DNA of 64,000 nucleotides from Rubrivivax sp. GTDB taxonomy: Bacteria; Pseudomonadota; Gammaproteobacteria; Burkholderiales; Burkholderiaceae_C. Below are positions 33,425 through 43,600 of this stretch, piece by piece (within the stretch, counting starts at the first letter, position 1; each line of letters opens with the position of its first letter). Where the stretch lies: assembly GCA_024641965.1 (NCBI GenBank), contig JAHECC010000001.1, positions 29,042 to 93,041 on the forward strand, written 5' to 3'. Made by a program: the position numbers and the translations under genes. The notes below the pieces were generated by a model that worked only from the letters and a program-made list of their open reading frames with translations, did not search any database and was not told the origin of the DNA.

Positions 33425-33453
33425 ATTATACCCGCGCGCATCGCTCAGGTCAG
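33425..33453 (-). promoter_or_regulatory. sigma70 promoter upstream of rpoD
   Basis: CTGACC-N17-TATAAT on minus strand (perfect -10). Confidence 0.7.
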
Positions 33454-33456
33454 CTC

Positions 33457-35259
33457 TCAGGCGGGCTGTCCGGCCTGTCCAGACAGCGTTGCCTTGAGGA
33501 CGCCGATGCGCTGGCGCAGATCGCGTAGCCGGGCCAGTTTGTCGGCATCGAGTTCGCCGCTGGCCAGGGCATGGGCATCGTCGCCCAGGGCTTCGATCCA
33601 CATGCGCTGCAGCACGCGTTGCAGGTCGTCGAGGCTGTGCTCCTCATCGGCCGCGACGGCCACCTGCCAGGATCGTGCGGCATTCGCCCAGGGTTCTTCG
33701 GTCATCGCCGTTTCGAGTGCGCTCCAGGTCTGCGGGCCGTGTTCGGTGATCTGGCGTTCCAGCCAGGCCAGCACTTCGCCATGCACACCGCCCAATTCAT
33801 GCAGCAGCCCCTGGTCGTCGCCAGAGAGCTGCTCCCACCATTCATTGCGTCTCAACAGCAACCGCATCGCCTGGTCGGCCAGGCCCGCAGGCGCCCTGCG
33901 TCCGGCCAAGCGCAAAGGCGCGCGCGGCGGACCGCTTGGACGTCGCGCGACAGGGGGCGTCTGACCCCACAGCGACGCCAGGTCGGCGGCCTCGAGCCGC
34001 GCCTGACGGGCGAGCTCGGGCAGCAGCTGCCGGCGCAAGGCGCCCTCGGGCAGGCTCTGCCACAGCGGTTTGGCCTGCGCCAGCATGCGAGCCCGTCCCT
34101 CGGCATTCGCCAAATCGGCACCGCTGCCGGCGTGCTCGATCAGCTGTCGCGACAAGGGCACGGCCTTGGTCACCAGGTCTTCGAACGCCGATGCGCCTTG
34201 GCTGCGCACGAAGCTGTCCGGGTCGTGTTCGGCAGGCAAGAACAGGAAGCGAACACTGCGCAAGTCGGTGGCGTGCGGCAAGGCCGCTTCGAGCGCACGC
34301 CCGGCGGCGCGGCGGCCGGCGGCGTCGCCATCGAAGGCGAAGACCACCGCGTCGGTGAATCGAAAGAGTTTCTGGATGTGTTCGCCCGTGCAGGCGGTGC
34401 CTAGGGTGGCGACGGCGTTGGCGAAACCCAGCTGCGCCAGCGCCACGACATCCATGTAGCCTTCGACCACCAATGCATGGCCCCTGGCACGCATCGCGGT
34501 ACGTGCCTCGTACAGGCCGTACAACTCGCGGCCCTTGACGAACACCGGCGTCTCGGGCGAGTTCAGGTACTTGGGCTCGCCCGCATCGAGCACGCGGCCA
34601 CCGAAGCCGATGAGTTCGCCCTTGACCGAGCGGATCGGGAACATGATGCGGTCGCGAAAGCGGTCGTAGCGCTTCTGCTCCGGCCCGTCTTCGCCCTGCA
34701 CGATGACCATGCCGGCATCGGCCAGCAGCGGATCGTCGTAACGCGCGAAGGCGCTGGCCAGGCTGCGCCAACCGCTCGGCGCATAGCCCAGGCCGAATTG
34801 CCGCGCGATGGCGCCGCTCAGTCCGCGGCGCTTGAGATAGTCGATCGCCGGTGGGTGACTCTTGAGCTGTTCGCGGTAATGGTCGGCGGCACGCTCCAGT
34901 ATCTCGTTGAGCGTCGCGCGGTGTGCGCGATCCTGCAGTACACGCTGTTGTTCGACGGCGTCCAGCGGCTCCTCGGGCACGCTCATGCCCACCTGCTGGG
35001 CGAGATCCCGGACCGCGTCGAGAAAGCCCATGCCTGAGTTTTCCATCAGGAAACGGATGGCGTCGCCATGCGCTCCGCAGCCGAAGCAGTGATAGAACTG
35101 CTTTGTCGCGCTGACGCTGAAGCTGGGCGACTTCTCGCCATGGAAGGGGCAAAGGCCCATGTGATTGGCGCCGCTCTTCTTCAGCTCCACCTGCCGGCCC
35201 ACGACCTCGACGATGTCGATGCGCGAAAGCAGATCCTGCAGAAAGCCGGTGGGAATCAC
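33457..35259 (-). CDS. dnaG: DNA primase
   Basis: CPFH.EKSPSF..YHCFGC zinc finger, DRFRDRIMFPI, PKYLNSPET, TOPRIM VVEGYMDV, AFDGD.AG. Confidence 0.98.
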   Translation of the reverse strand: MIPTGFLQDLLSRIDIVEVVGRQVELKKSGANHMGLCPFHGEKSPSFSVSATKQFYHCFGCGAHGDAIRFLMENSGMGFLDAVRDLAQQVGMSVPEEPLDAVEQQRVLQDRAHRATLNEILERAADHYREQLKSHPPAIDYLKRRGLSGAIARQFGLGYAPSGWRSLASAFARYDDPLLADAGMVIVQGEDGPEQKRYDRFRDRIMFPIRSVKGELIGFGGRVLDAGEPKYLNSPETPVFVKGRELYGLYEARTAMRARGHALVVEGYMDVVALAQLGFANAVATLGTACTGEHIQKLFRFTDAVVFAFDGDAAGRRAAGRALEAALPHATDLRSVRFLFLPAEHDPDSFVRSQGASAFEDLVTKAVPLSRQLIEHAGSGADLANAEGRARMLAQAKPLWQSLPEGALRRQLLPELARQARLEAADLASLWGQTPPVARRPSGPPRAPLRLAGRRAPAGLADQAMRLLLRRNEWWEQLSGDDQGLLHELGGVHGEVLAWLERQITEHGPQTWSALETAMTEEPWANAARSWQVAVAADEEHSLDDLQRVLQRMWIEALGDDAHALASGELDADKLARLRDLRQRIGVLKATLSGQAGQPA

Positions 35260-35294
35260 CGCCGCAGTCTAACCAAGGCGCAGGCGCCGGCGGG

Positions 35295-38200
35295 TCAGGT
35301 GCCGCTGGTGCCGTCGGCGCGCTGTAGCCCGCCTTCCGGCGCTGCGCTCAGCGCGAACAGCCCCTTGTAGTCGCGGGTCCAGTCCGACACAGCTGCCGCC
35401 GGCATGGGTGCGGCGATGCCCGTGCCCTGGCCGATGTTGCAGCCCATGTCGAGCAGCGTGCGCGCCTGCGCCGGCGATTCCACGCCTTCGGCCACGACCA
35501 TGCACTGGAAGGTTCGTGCCAGGCCGATGACGCCCTCGACGATGGCGCGGTCCTGCGGGTTGTCGAGCATTTGGTGCACGAAGGAGCGGTCGATCTTCAA
35601 CACGTCCACGGGCAACTGCTTCAGATAGGTCAGCGTCGAATACCCGGTGCCGAAGTCGTCCAGCGCGAAACGCACACCCAGGTCGCGGCAGCGTGCCAGC
35701 AAGGCCGAGGTGGCTTGGATATCGGCGTGCGCCGCAGTTTCCAGCACCTCGAGCTCGAGCGAGGTCGACAGTGTCTCGGGGTGGCGTGCCAGCAACTCGC
35801 TCAGCCGCAGCGCGAAGTCGGGCTCCTGCAGATGGCGTGCGGAGACGTTGACACTGACCGAGATGTCATGGCCGGCCCGGCGCCACATCGCCAGATGCTC
35901 CAGCGCCTGGCCGAGCACCCAGTCGCCAACGCTCGACGAAAGGCCGGTGTGCTCGATCAGCGGCAGGAATTGCGCCGGCGCCAGCAGCCCGAGTTGCGGG
36001 TGATCCCAGCGCACCAGTGCCTCCATTCCGAGCACGGCGCCACGCCGCATGTCGACCTTGGGCTGGTAGTGCAGCACGAACTCGCGGTTGTCCAGCGCCT
36101 CCTGCACGCGACCGAGCGCCATGACCCGCTCTTCGTTGCGTTTCCGATTTTCGGGATCGAAGAACTGATAGCCGTTGCGACCGGCCTGCTTGGCGCCATA
36201 CATCGCATGGTCCGCGTGACGCAGCAAGGTGTCGGCATCACTGCGGTCGATCGGATAGACCGTGGCCCCCATGCTCGCCGTGACCAGCACCGGCTCGACG
36301 GCCGGGTCAATGACATAGGGCTGGGCGACGACGCGCAATACGCGCTCCAGCGCCAGGCGCGCTTCCTCCATCGTGGTGGCGCGCAACAGCAGCACGAATT
36401 CGTCACCCCCCAGCCGCCCTGCGACATCGGACCAGACGGCATTGCTGCGCAGTGCGCTGCGCAGCCGCCCTGCCAGTTCGACCAACAGCCGGTCGCCGGC
36501 GGCATGGCCGAAGCGGTCGTTCACCGGCTTGAAGCGGTCCAAGTCGAGGTAGCACACCGTGAGCAGGTGGCCGTCGGCATCGGCTGCCGTCATGGCCTCG
36601 GACAGCATCTTCATCAGGCGCGAGCGATTCGGCAGCCGTGTCAGTTCGTCGAAGTGCGCTTGCCGCTCGAGGCGATCACGCTGCTGGCGCTGTTCTGTGA
36701 CGTCGGAGATGACCAGCGCGTGATACAGCAGTTTGCCATCCGCGCCGTTGACGATGGAGATGGTGACCTGCAGTGTGCAGGCCTCGCCATTGCGCCGCCG
36801 CTCGACCACCTCCCCGCGCCAGCGCCCGCTGCTGCGCAAGCCGGTCCACATCAGCTGGCGCTGCTGTCGTACCAGCGGGTCGGGCGGCGAGGGTCGCAGC
36901 AACGAAGGCACTTGGCCCAGCAGTTCGGGCAGTTCGACGCCGAGGATCTGCGTGTAGGCCGGGTTCGCATCGAGCACACGCAACTCGGCGTCGGCGATGA
37001 GCAGGCCTTCATGCAGATGCTCGAACAGGCTCGACGAAAGACGCTGGCGCTCCTGCGCATCGTGCCGTGCGCTGGCATCGGACAAGGTAGCGATCAGGCG
37101 CAGCGCCTGGGCACGGTGGTCGCGCTCGACCACCAGGAACTGCGCATCCAGCCAGCGCCAGCCGCCTTCGACCGACACCCGCAGTTCAAGCTGTGCGCGG
37201 TTCTGCACTCCGTTGCGCAATTCATGCAAGGCCTGTTCCAGGCCGGTACGCTCGTCGGGGTGGACGCCGCGCACCCAAGCCGAAAATGAGGTCGAGCTGC
37301 TGCCGCAAAGCTGCTTCCAATGTTCGGAGATTCGCCCCGTGTCGTCGTCCAGATGCCACTCGCCCACACCAAGCCCTGCGCCGCCCAGGGCCAGCAGCCA
37401 GCGCTGTTCCGCGCTCAGCGCATCCCTGGTCAACACATGGGCCAGCAGCACGATGGCCACCAGCGTGGCGCAGTAGGCCCACAACGGCGCCAGGTCCTGC
37501 GCTTGCAGCGACGCAGCCAAGGGCCCTGCGCCCAGGCTGCTGGCACTCGCCGCACCAATCGCCAGGACGGCAGCCGCGGCCGACGCCAGACCGACACCCG
37601 CCAGCACCACCAGAGCGGCGAGCAGGGCCACCGGCACGGCGCCGAGTGCCAAGGCCGTATCGGCGTTGGACACTGGCAGTCCGAATACGGCAAGTGCACT
37701 GGCCAGCATCACCGCGAGCAGCAGCAGCGTGCCTCGGCGGCGGCGTGGCGACAACGCATGCACGACACCTTCGTGATGCAGGGCAAGCAGCGGCACGGCG
37801 GTCAGCAGCAGCCCGATCCAGCGGCCGATACTGCCCAGGAGCAGCCACTTGGGCAGGACCGTCCAGGCCATCGCACCGGAAAGCGAGAGGCTCAGGTCGG
37901 TGATCACGGCGCCCAGCGCCGCGACAACTGCACCCGTGACGAGCAGCACGGCAATGTCGCCGCGTCTTTCCAGACGTTGCTTGAATCCGGCATGCCGCAG
38001 CATCCAGGCCCCCAGAGCGGCACCCAGAAGATCGCTGACCAGCAATGCAGCCACCAGCGTTGTCGCGTGCGTGGGGTCGGCCGCCAGCATGGCGCCGCCG
38101 AGCGCGACGCCAACCATCGTTGTCGGGCCCCAGCGCACCCGTGCGGCCAAGGCAATGCCGAGTGGCAGCCACAGCGGGCCGCAGAGAGCGGCCGGGTCGG

Positions 38201-38318
38201 CGACCTGCAGACAGACCTTGCCAAGCAAAGCATAGGCCAGCGCCACGATCAGGCCGCGCTGCACCACAACGGTCCACGGTAATTGGGCCTGCAATGGAGG
38301 GGCCGGGCGGGGCGTCAT
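35295..38318 (-). CDS. MASE1-PAS-PAS-GGDEF-EAL diguanylate cyclase/phosphodiesterase
   Basis: Multi-TM N-terminus (LWLPLGIALAA), two PAS-like regions, LDLDRFKPVNDRFGHAAGD, GGDEF, EAL, DDFGTGYS, AEGVE. Confidence 0.92.
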   Translation of the reverse strand: MTPRPAPPLQAQLPWTVVVQRGLIVALAYALLGKVCLQVADPAALCGPLWLPLGIALAARVRWGPTTMVGVALGGAMLAADPTHATTLVAALLVSDLLGAALGAWMLRHAGFKQRLERRGDIAVLLVTGAVVAALGAVITDLSLSLSGAMAWTVLPKWLLLGSIGRWIGLLLTAVPLLALHHEGVVHALSPRRRRGTLLLLAVMLASALAVFGLPVSNADTALALGAVPVALLAALVVLAGVGLASAAAAVLAIGAASASSLGAGPLAASLQAQDLAPLWAYCATLVAIVLLAHVLTRDALSAEQRWLLALGGAGLGVGEWHLDDDTGRISEHWKQLCGSSSTSFSAWVRGVHPDERTGLEQALHELRNGVQNRAQLELRVSVEGGWRWLDAQFLVVERDHRAQALRLIATLSDASARHDAQERQRLSSSLFEHLHEGLLIADAELRVLDANPAYTQILGVELPELLGQVPSLLRPSPPDPLVRQQRQLMWTGLRSSGRWRGEVVERRRNGEACTLQVTISIVNGADGKLLYHALVISDVTEQRQQRDRLERQAHFDELTRLPNRSRLMKMLSEAMTAADADGHLLTVCYLDLDRFKPVNDRFGHAAGDRLLVELAGRLRSALRSNAVWSDVAGRLGGDEFVLLLRATTMEEARLALERVLRVVAQPYVIDPAVEPVLVTASMGATVYPIDRSDADTLLRHADHAMYGAKQAGRNGYQFFDPENRKRNEERVMALGRVQEALDNREFVLHYQPKVDMRRGAVLGMEALVRWDHPQLGLLAPAQFLPLIEHTGLSSSVGDWVLGQALEHLAMWRRAGHDISVSVNVSARHLQEPDFALRLSELLARHPETLSTSLELEVLETAAHADIQATSALLARCRDLGVRFALDDFGTGYSTLTYLKQLPVDVLKIDRSFVHQMLDNPQDRAIVEGVIGLARTFQCMVVAEGVESPAQARTLLDMGCNIGQGTGIAAPMPAAAVSDWTRDYKGLFALSAAPEGGLQRADGTSGT

Positions 38319-38489
38319 GGGCCGGGAAGTTCAGTGATCAGCGCAGGATGCTAGTCGCGAACGCGAGCCTTGCCTTCGGGACAAGCCCACCCTTCGAATG
38401 CGTGGGTCGGTGCCGCGACGCAGAAATTACCGCAGGTGCTGCTTCAAACCCCTCGAACTGTCGCCGCCGGAGTTCCACGACGGACAGAT

Positions 38490-38789
38490 TCAGATCGTGA
38501 AATCGCCAATCTGCTTACCCGAGGCCAGTGCCGCCTTCAACCAGTTGGGTTGCAGACCGCGCCCCGACCAGGTGTCACCCGTGGCGGCATTTCGATACTT
38601 CGGCGGCACCTTGGCACCAGAGCGTTTTGGTGACGAGGACTTTCCTGATAAATCAGCCAGCGTCAACCCGTGTTCGGCCATCAAGGCTTTTACTTTGGCC
38701 ACGGCGCCGGCACGTTCGCTGCGCTGCGCTTCGGCAATCTGCTGTTCAATGGCTGCCTTTTGTGCCAGAAGCTCGCTGACAGAGGTCAT
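38490..38789 (-). CDS. hns: H-NS family nucleoid protein
   Basis: N-terminal coiled coil; PKYRN..TGDTWSGRGLQPNWL. Confidence 0.93.
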   Translation of the reverse strand: MTSVSELLAQKAAIEQQIAEAQRSERAGAVAKVKALMAEHGLTLADLSGKSSSPKRSGAKVPPKYRNAATGDTWSGRGLQPNWLKAALASGKQIGDFTI

Positions 38790-38938
38790 TCGCAATCTCC
38801 TTCAAACCCGTCCAAGGCGCGAATATAGCACCAACGAAAACATATTCGCGCTTGCGAGTATCAGGAAAACCCTAAGGGCGAGTGGCCGACGGCTTCGACC
38901 GCCAGTTGCCAGTCTGCAGATGGCAGGTAGAAGACGGG

Positions 38939-39211
38939 TCAGACGCTCGGCGGCACGTAGCCCGCTGGCTGCTCCGCGCCAGTGCCGAAGAAGAACTGCT
39001 CCATCTGCCGCGCCAGATACTGGCGCGCACGGGCATCCGCCAGGTTCAGGCGGTTTTCGTTGACGAGCATCGTCTGGTGCTTCTTCCAGGCTTCGAAGGC
39101 TTCCTTGCTTACATTGTCATAAATTCGTTTTCCGAGTTCGCCGGGGTAGGGCGAAAAATCCATTCCCGGCGCTTCCTTCTTCAGGTAGACGCATTGCACC
39201 ATTCTCGTCAT
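38939..39211 (-). CDS. yggX: Fe(II)-trafficking / oxidative damage protection protein
   Basis: [36 protein letters not shown]. Confidence 0.95.
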   Translation of the reverse strand: MTRMVQCVYLKKEAPGMDFSPYPGELGKRIYDNVSKEAFEAWKKHQTMLVNENRLNLADARARQYLARQMEQFFFGTGAEQPAGYVPPSV

Positions 39212-39246
39212 GCTCAGGCTCCTTGATAGTTTCGGATCGACGGCGT

Positions 39247-40587
39247 TCAGCCGAGTTTCTTCATCAACACCTGTGAACGTCGGTCCCAGTTGTATTTCTT
39301 CTTTCGCGCCTCAGGCAAGCGCTCCGGGTCAATCTGCGAAAACCCGCGCTTGATGAACCAATGCATGGTACGCGTGCTGAGAACAAATATGTTCTCGAGG
39401 CCCAATGCGCGGGCGCGTTGTTCGATTCGTTTCAGTATGCGATCACCATCGCCCTGATTCTGCACATCGGGCGATACCGTCAGCGCGGCCATCTCGCCGA
39501 TGCGCGCTTCGGGGTAGGGGTACAGCGCGGCGCAGCCGAATATCACGCCATCGTGCTCGATGACGGTGTAGTTGGCGATGTCGCGCTCGATCTCGGTGCG
39601 CTCGCGCCGCACCAACGTACCGTCGCGCTCGAAGGGTTCGATCAGTTGCAGGATGCCGCCGACATCGTCTGCAGTGGCCTCGCGCAGGCTTTCCAGTTTT
39701 TCATCGACCACCATGGTGCCAATGCCATCGTGCGTGAATACCTCCATCAGCAGCGCGCCGTCGGTGGCAAAGGGCAGGATGTGCGAGCGTTCGACGCCGC
39801 CTTCGCAGGCGCGAACGCAATACTGCAGATAGAAGGCAGTGTCGCTTGGTTGTATCGGGCCGGGCAGGCGCGCCAGCAGCCGCTTGGCGTCGGCCAGTGC
39901 CAGTTCGGTGTCGATCGCGCTGGCCGGGTCCTCGGGCAACTCGTGGATGCCGGGCACCTCGGTCAGGAAGAGCAGCTTGTCGGCGCGCAGCGCTATGGCC
40001 GTGCTCGTGGCCACGTCTTCCATCGTCAGATTGAAGGCCTCGCCGGTGGGCGAGAAGCCGAAGGGGCTGAGCAACACCAGCGCGCCGATGTCAATGGCCT
40101 GGCGCATGGCCAGCGCATCGACACGACGCACCACGCCGCTGTGCATGAAGTCGATGCCATCGACGATGCCCACGGGTCGCGCCGTGAGGAAGTTGCCCGA
40201 CACCATGCGCAAGGTCGCATTCGCCATCGGCGTGTTCGGCAGGCCTTGCGAGAAGGCGGCTTCGATCTCGAAGCGCAGCTGTCCGGCCGCCTCCTGTGCG
40301 CAATCCAGCGCCACCGCATCGGTGATGCGCTGGCCGTGGCTGAAGCGCGGTACTTTGCCCTTGGCTGCCAGCTGCTCGTTGACCTGCGGACGGAAACCAT
40401 GCACCAGTACCAGCTTGATGCCCATCGCATGCAGGATCGCCAGGTCCTGTGCATACGCATTGAGCTTGCCCGCGGCAATCAACTCCCCGGTCATGCCGAC
40501 GACGAAGGTCTTGCCGCGATAGGCGTGCATGTACGGTGCCACCGCGCGGAACCAGGGAATGAAGGTATGGGGGAAGACGAGGCTCAT
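39247..40587 (-). CDS. argA: Amino-acid N-acetyltransferase
   Basis: [41 protein letters not shown]-like [15 protein letters not shown]-terminus, RRSQV. Confidence 0.97.
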   Translation of the reverse strand: MSLVFPHTFIPWFRAVAPYMHAYRGKTFVVGMTGELIAAGKLNAYAQDLAILHAMGIKLVLVHGFRPQVNEQLAAKGKVPRFSHGQRITDAVALDCAQEAAGQLRFEIEAAFSQGLPNTPMANATLRMVSGNFLTARPVGIVDGIDFMHSGVVRRVDALAMRQAIDIGALVLLSPFGFSPTGEAFNLTMEDVATSTAIALRADKLLFLTEVPGIHELPEDPASAIDTELALADAKRLLARLPGPIQPSDTAFYLQYCVRACEGGVERSHILPFATDGALLMEVFTHDGIGTMVVDEKLESLREATADDVGGILQLIEPFERDGTLVRRERTEIERDIANYTVIEHDGVIFGCAALYPYPEARIGEMAALTVSPDVQNQGDGDRILKRIEQRARALGLENIFVLSTRTMHWFIKRGFSQIDPERLPEARKKKYNWDRRSQVLMKKLG

Positions 40588-40667
40588 GGCGGGTTGCGTC
40601 AAGGTGCGCCGGCATTGTGCCGCAGGGCCCGCGTCCGTCCCGGTGCGGCGCCGATAATCCGCGCTTC

Positions 40668-43600
40668 GTGAACAGCCCCGCCGATTCCCTTCAAAGCGCA
40701 CCGAAACGCAGCGCCCAGCGCAGTGTGGCGACGCCGAACCCGGTGCCGCCGATCCACTATCCCGAGTCGCTGCCGGTCTCGCAACGGCGCGACGAGATCG
40801 CTGCGGCGATGCAAACGCATCAGGTGCTCATCGTCTGCGGCGAGACCGGCTCGGGCAAGACCACGCAGTTGCCGAAGATCGCGCTGTCGCTCGGCCGTGG
40901 CCTGGGCGGCGGCGGCCAGGGTCTGATCGGCCACACGCAGCCGCGGCGCATTGCCGCCAGCTCGGTGGCCAAGCGCATTGCACAGGAGCTGAATTCGCCG
41001 CTGGGCGAGGTGGTCGGCTACAAGGTGCGCTTTCAGGACCGGCTGCAAAGCGGCGCGTCGGTCAAGCTGATGACCGACGGAATCCTGCTCGCCGAGACGC
41101 AGAGTGACCCGCTGCTGCGCGCCTACGACACGCTGATCATCGACGAGGCGCACGAGCGCAGCCTGAACATCGATTTCCTGCTCGGTCATCTGCGTCAGAT
41201 CCTCGTCAGGCGGCCGGAGCTGAAGATCGTCGTGACCTCGGCGACCATCGACGCCGATCGCTTTGCCCGGCACTTTTCGTCCGACGCCGGCCCGGCGCCG
41301 GTGATCATGGTGTCGGGCAGGCTGTTCCCGGTGGAACAACGCTGGCGGCCGTACAAAGAAAGCCGGGAATTCGATCTGAACGATGCCATCGCCGACGCGG
41401 TGGACGAGTTGTGGCGCGATGGCGGACCGGGCGACATCCTCGTCTTTCTGCCCGGCGAGCGCGAGATCCGCGACGCCGCCGATCACCTGCGCAAGCACCT
41501 TGCGCATGCACACAAGGACGGGCCGCAAGCCGACATCCTGCCGCTGTTCGCGCGCCTGAGCCAGCAGGAGCAGGAGCGCGTGTTCGAGGCCGGCAACGGC
41601 CGGCGCATCGTGCTGGCCACCAACGTGGCCGAGACCTCGCTCACCGTGCCGGGCATCCGCTATGTAATCGACAGCGGACTGGCGCGCATCAAGCGCTACA
41701 GCTTGCGGCAGAAGGTCGAGCAGTTGATGGTCGAGCCGATCTCGCAGGCGGCGGCCAACCAGCGCGCCGGGCGTTGCGGGCGCGTGGCCAACGGCATCTG
41801 CATCCGGCTGTACGACGAGGCCGACTTCGCCGCCCGCGCGCGCTTCACCGACCCCGAGATACTGCGCGCGTCGCTGGCCGGCGTGATCCTGCGCATGAAG
41901 GCGCTGCGCCTGGGCTCGGTGGAGGATTTCCCCTTCCTGGAAGCGCCACCCCAGCGCGCCATCGCCGATGGTTATGCATTGCTGGGCGAGCTGAACGCGG
42001 TCGACGAGGCGAACCAGCTCACGCCCATCGGGCAGGCGCTGTCGCGGCTGCCACTGGACCCGCGCATTGGCCGCATGATCCTCGAGGCGCGCGAGCGCCA
42101 GTGTCTGAATGAGGTGCTGATCATCGCCTCGGCATTGAGTGGCCAGGATGTGCGCGACCGGCCGCTCGAACACCAGCAGGCGGCTGACGAGAAGCAGAAG
42201 AAGTTCGACGACGAGAAGTCGGAGTTCATCGGCATCCTCAAGCTGTGGCAGTGGATCGAGCAAGGTCGCGGCGTGCATGGGCACGCGAATGAAAGGAACC
42301 AGGCCACGGACAGCCACAAGCTGTCCAACCGCCAGCAGGAACAGCGGTTGCGCGACAGCTTCGTCAACATGCGCCGCGTGCGCGAGTGGCGCGACATCCA
42401 CAGCCAGCTGCACACTGTGGTCGCCGAGCACGGCTGGCGGCTCAACGGCTCGCCCGCCACCTACGAGCAGATCCATCTGTCGATGCTGGCCGGGCTGCTC
42501 GGCAACATCGGCTTGAAGAGTGACGACGACGAGTGGTACCTGGGTGCCCGGGGAATCAGGTTCTGGCGCCATCCCGGCGCGCACCTGAGCAAGAAGCCGG
42601 GCCGCTGGCTGGTCGCGGCCGAGCTGGTGGAAACGACCAGGCTGTACGGACGCGGGCTGGCGGCCATCGAGCCGCAGTGGATCCCCGGCATCGCCGGGCA
42701 CCTGCTGAAGACCCAGCTGCTCGAACCGCATTGGGAGAAGAAGGCTGGCGAGGTCATCGCGCTGGAACGCGCCACGCTTTACGGCATCGTGGTTTACAGC
42801 AATCGGCGCGTGAACTTCGGGCGCATCGACCCGGCAGCGGCGCGCGAGATCTTCATCCGCGAGGCGTTGGTCAACGGCGAGTGGGACAGCAAGTTGCCTT
42901 TCCTGGCGTACAACCGCAAGCTGATTGCGCAGGTGGAGGAACTGGAACACAAGAGCCGGCGTCAGGATGTGCTGGTCGACGACGAGTTGATCTTTGCGTT
43001 CTACGACCAGCAACTGCCCGTCGAGGTCTGCTCCGGCGCCAGCCTGGAGCGCTGGTTTCGCGACGAACAGAAGAAGCAGCCGCGGTTGCTGCAACTGTCG
43101 CGCGACGAGTTGATGCGCCACGAGGCGGCCGGCATCACTACGGCGGCCTTTCCGAAGACGCTGCGCCTGGGCGGCATCGACTGCGCGGCCGAGTACCTGC
43201 ACGAGCCCGGCGATGCCAAGGACGGTGTCACTGCCACCGTGCCGATCTACGCGCTGAACCAGGTCAGCGAGGAGCGTTGCGAGTGGCTGGTGCCGGGCAT
43301 GCTGCAAGCCAAGGTGATGGCATTGCTGAAAAGCCTGCACCAGCGGCCGCGCTCGCGACTGGTGCCGCTGCCTGGTTACGCGGCCGAGTTCTGCGAGCTC
43401 ACGCCCTTTGCCGAAGGCGCGCTGATGGATGCGCTGCTGAAGGCGGTGCGCGAGCGCAGCCAGTTGGCGGTGCAGCGCAATGACTTCAAGCTCGACCAAT
43501 TGCAGCCGCACCTGTTCATGAACTTCCGCATCGTCGACGAGCATGGCCGGCAGCTCGGCATGGGCCGCAACCTGGCCGCGTTGAAGGCCGAGCTCGGCGG

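Noticed and set aside
38319-38489. c-di-GMP riboswitch upstream of the GGDEF-EAL gene
   Set aside because: No recognisable GEMM or c-di-GMP-II architecture; only weak hairpins.
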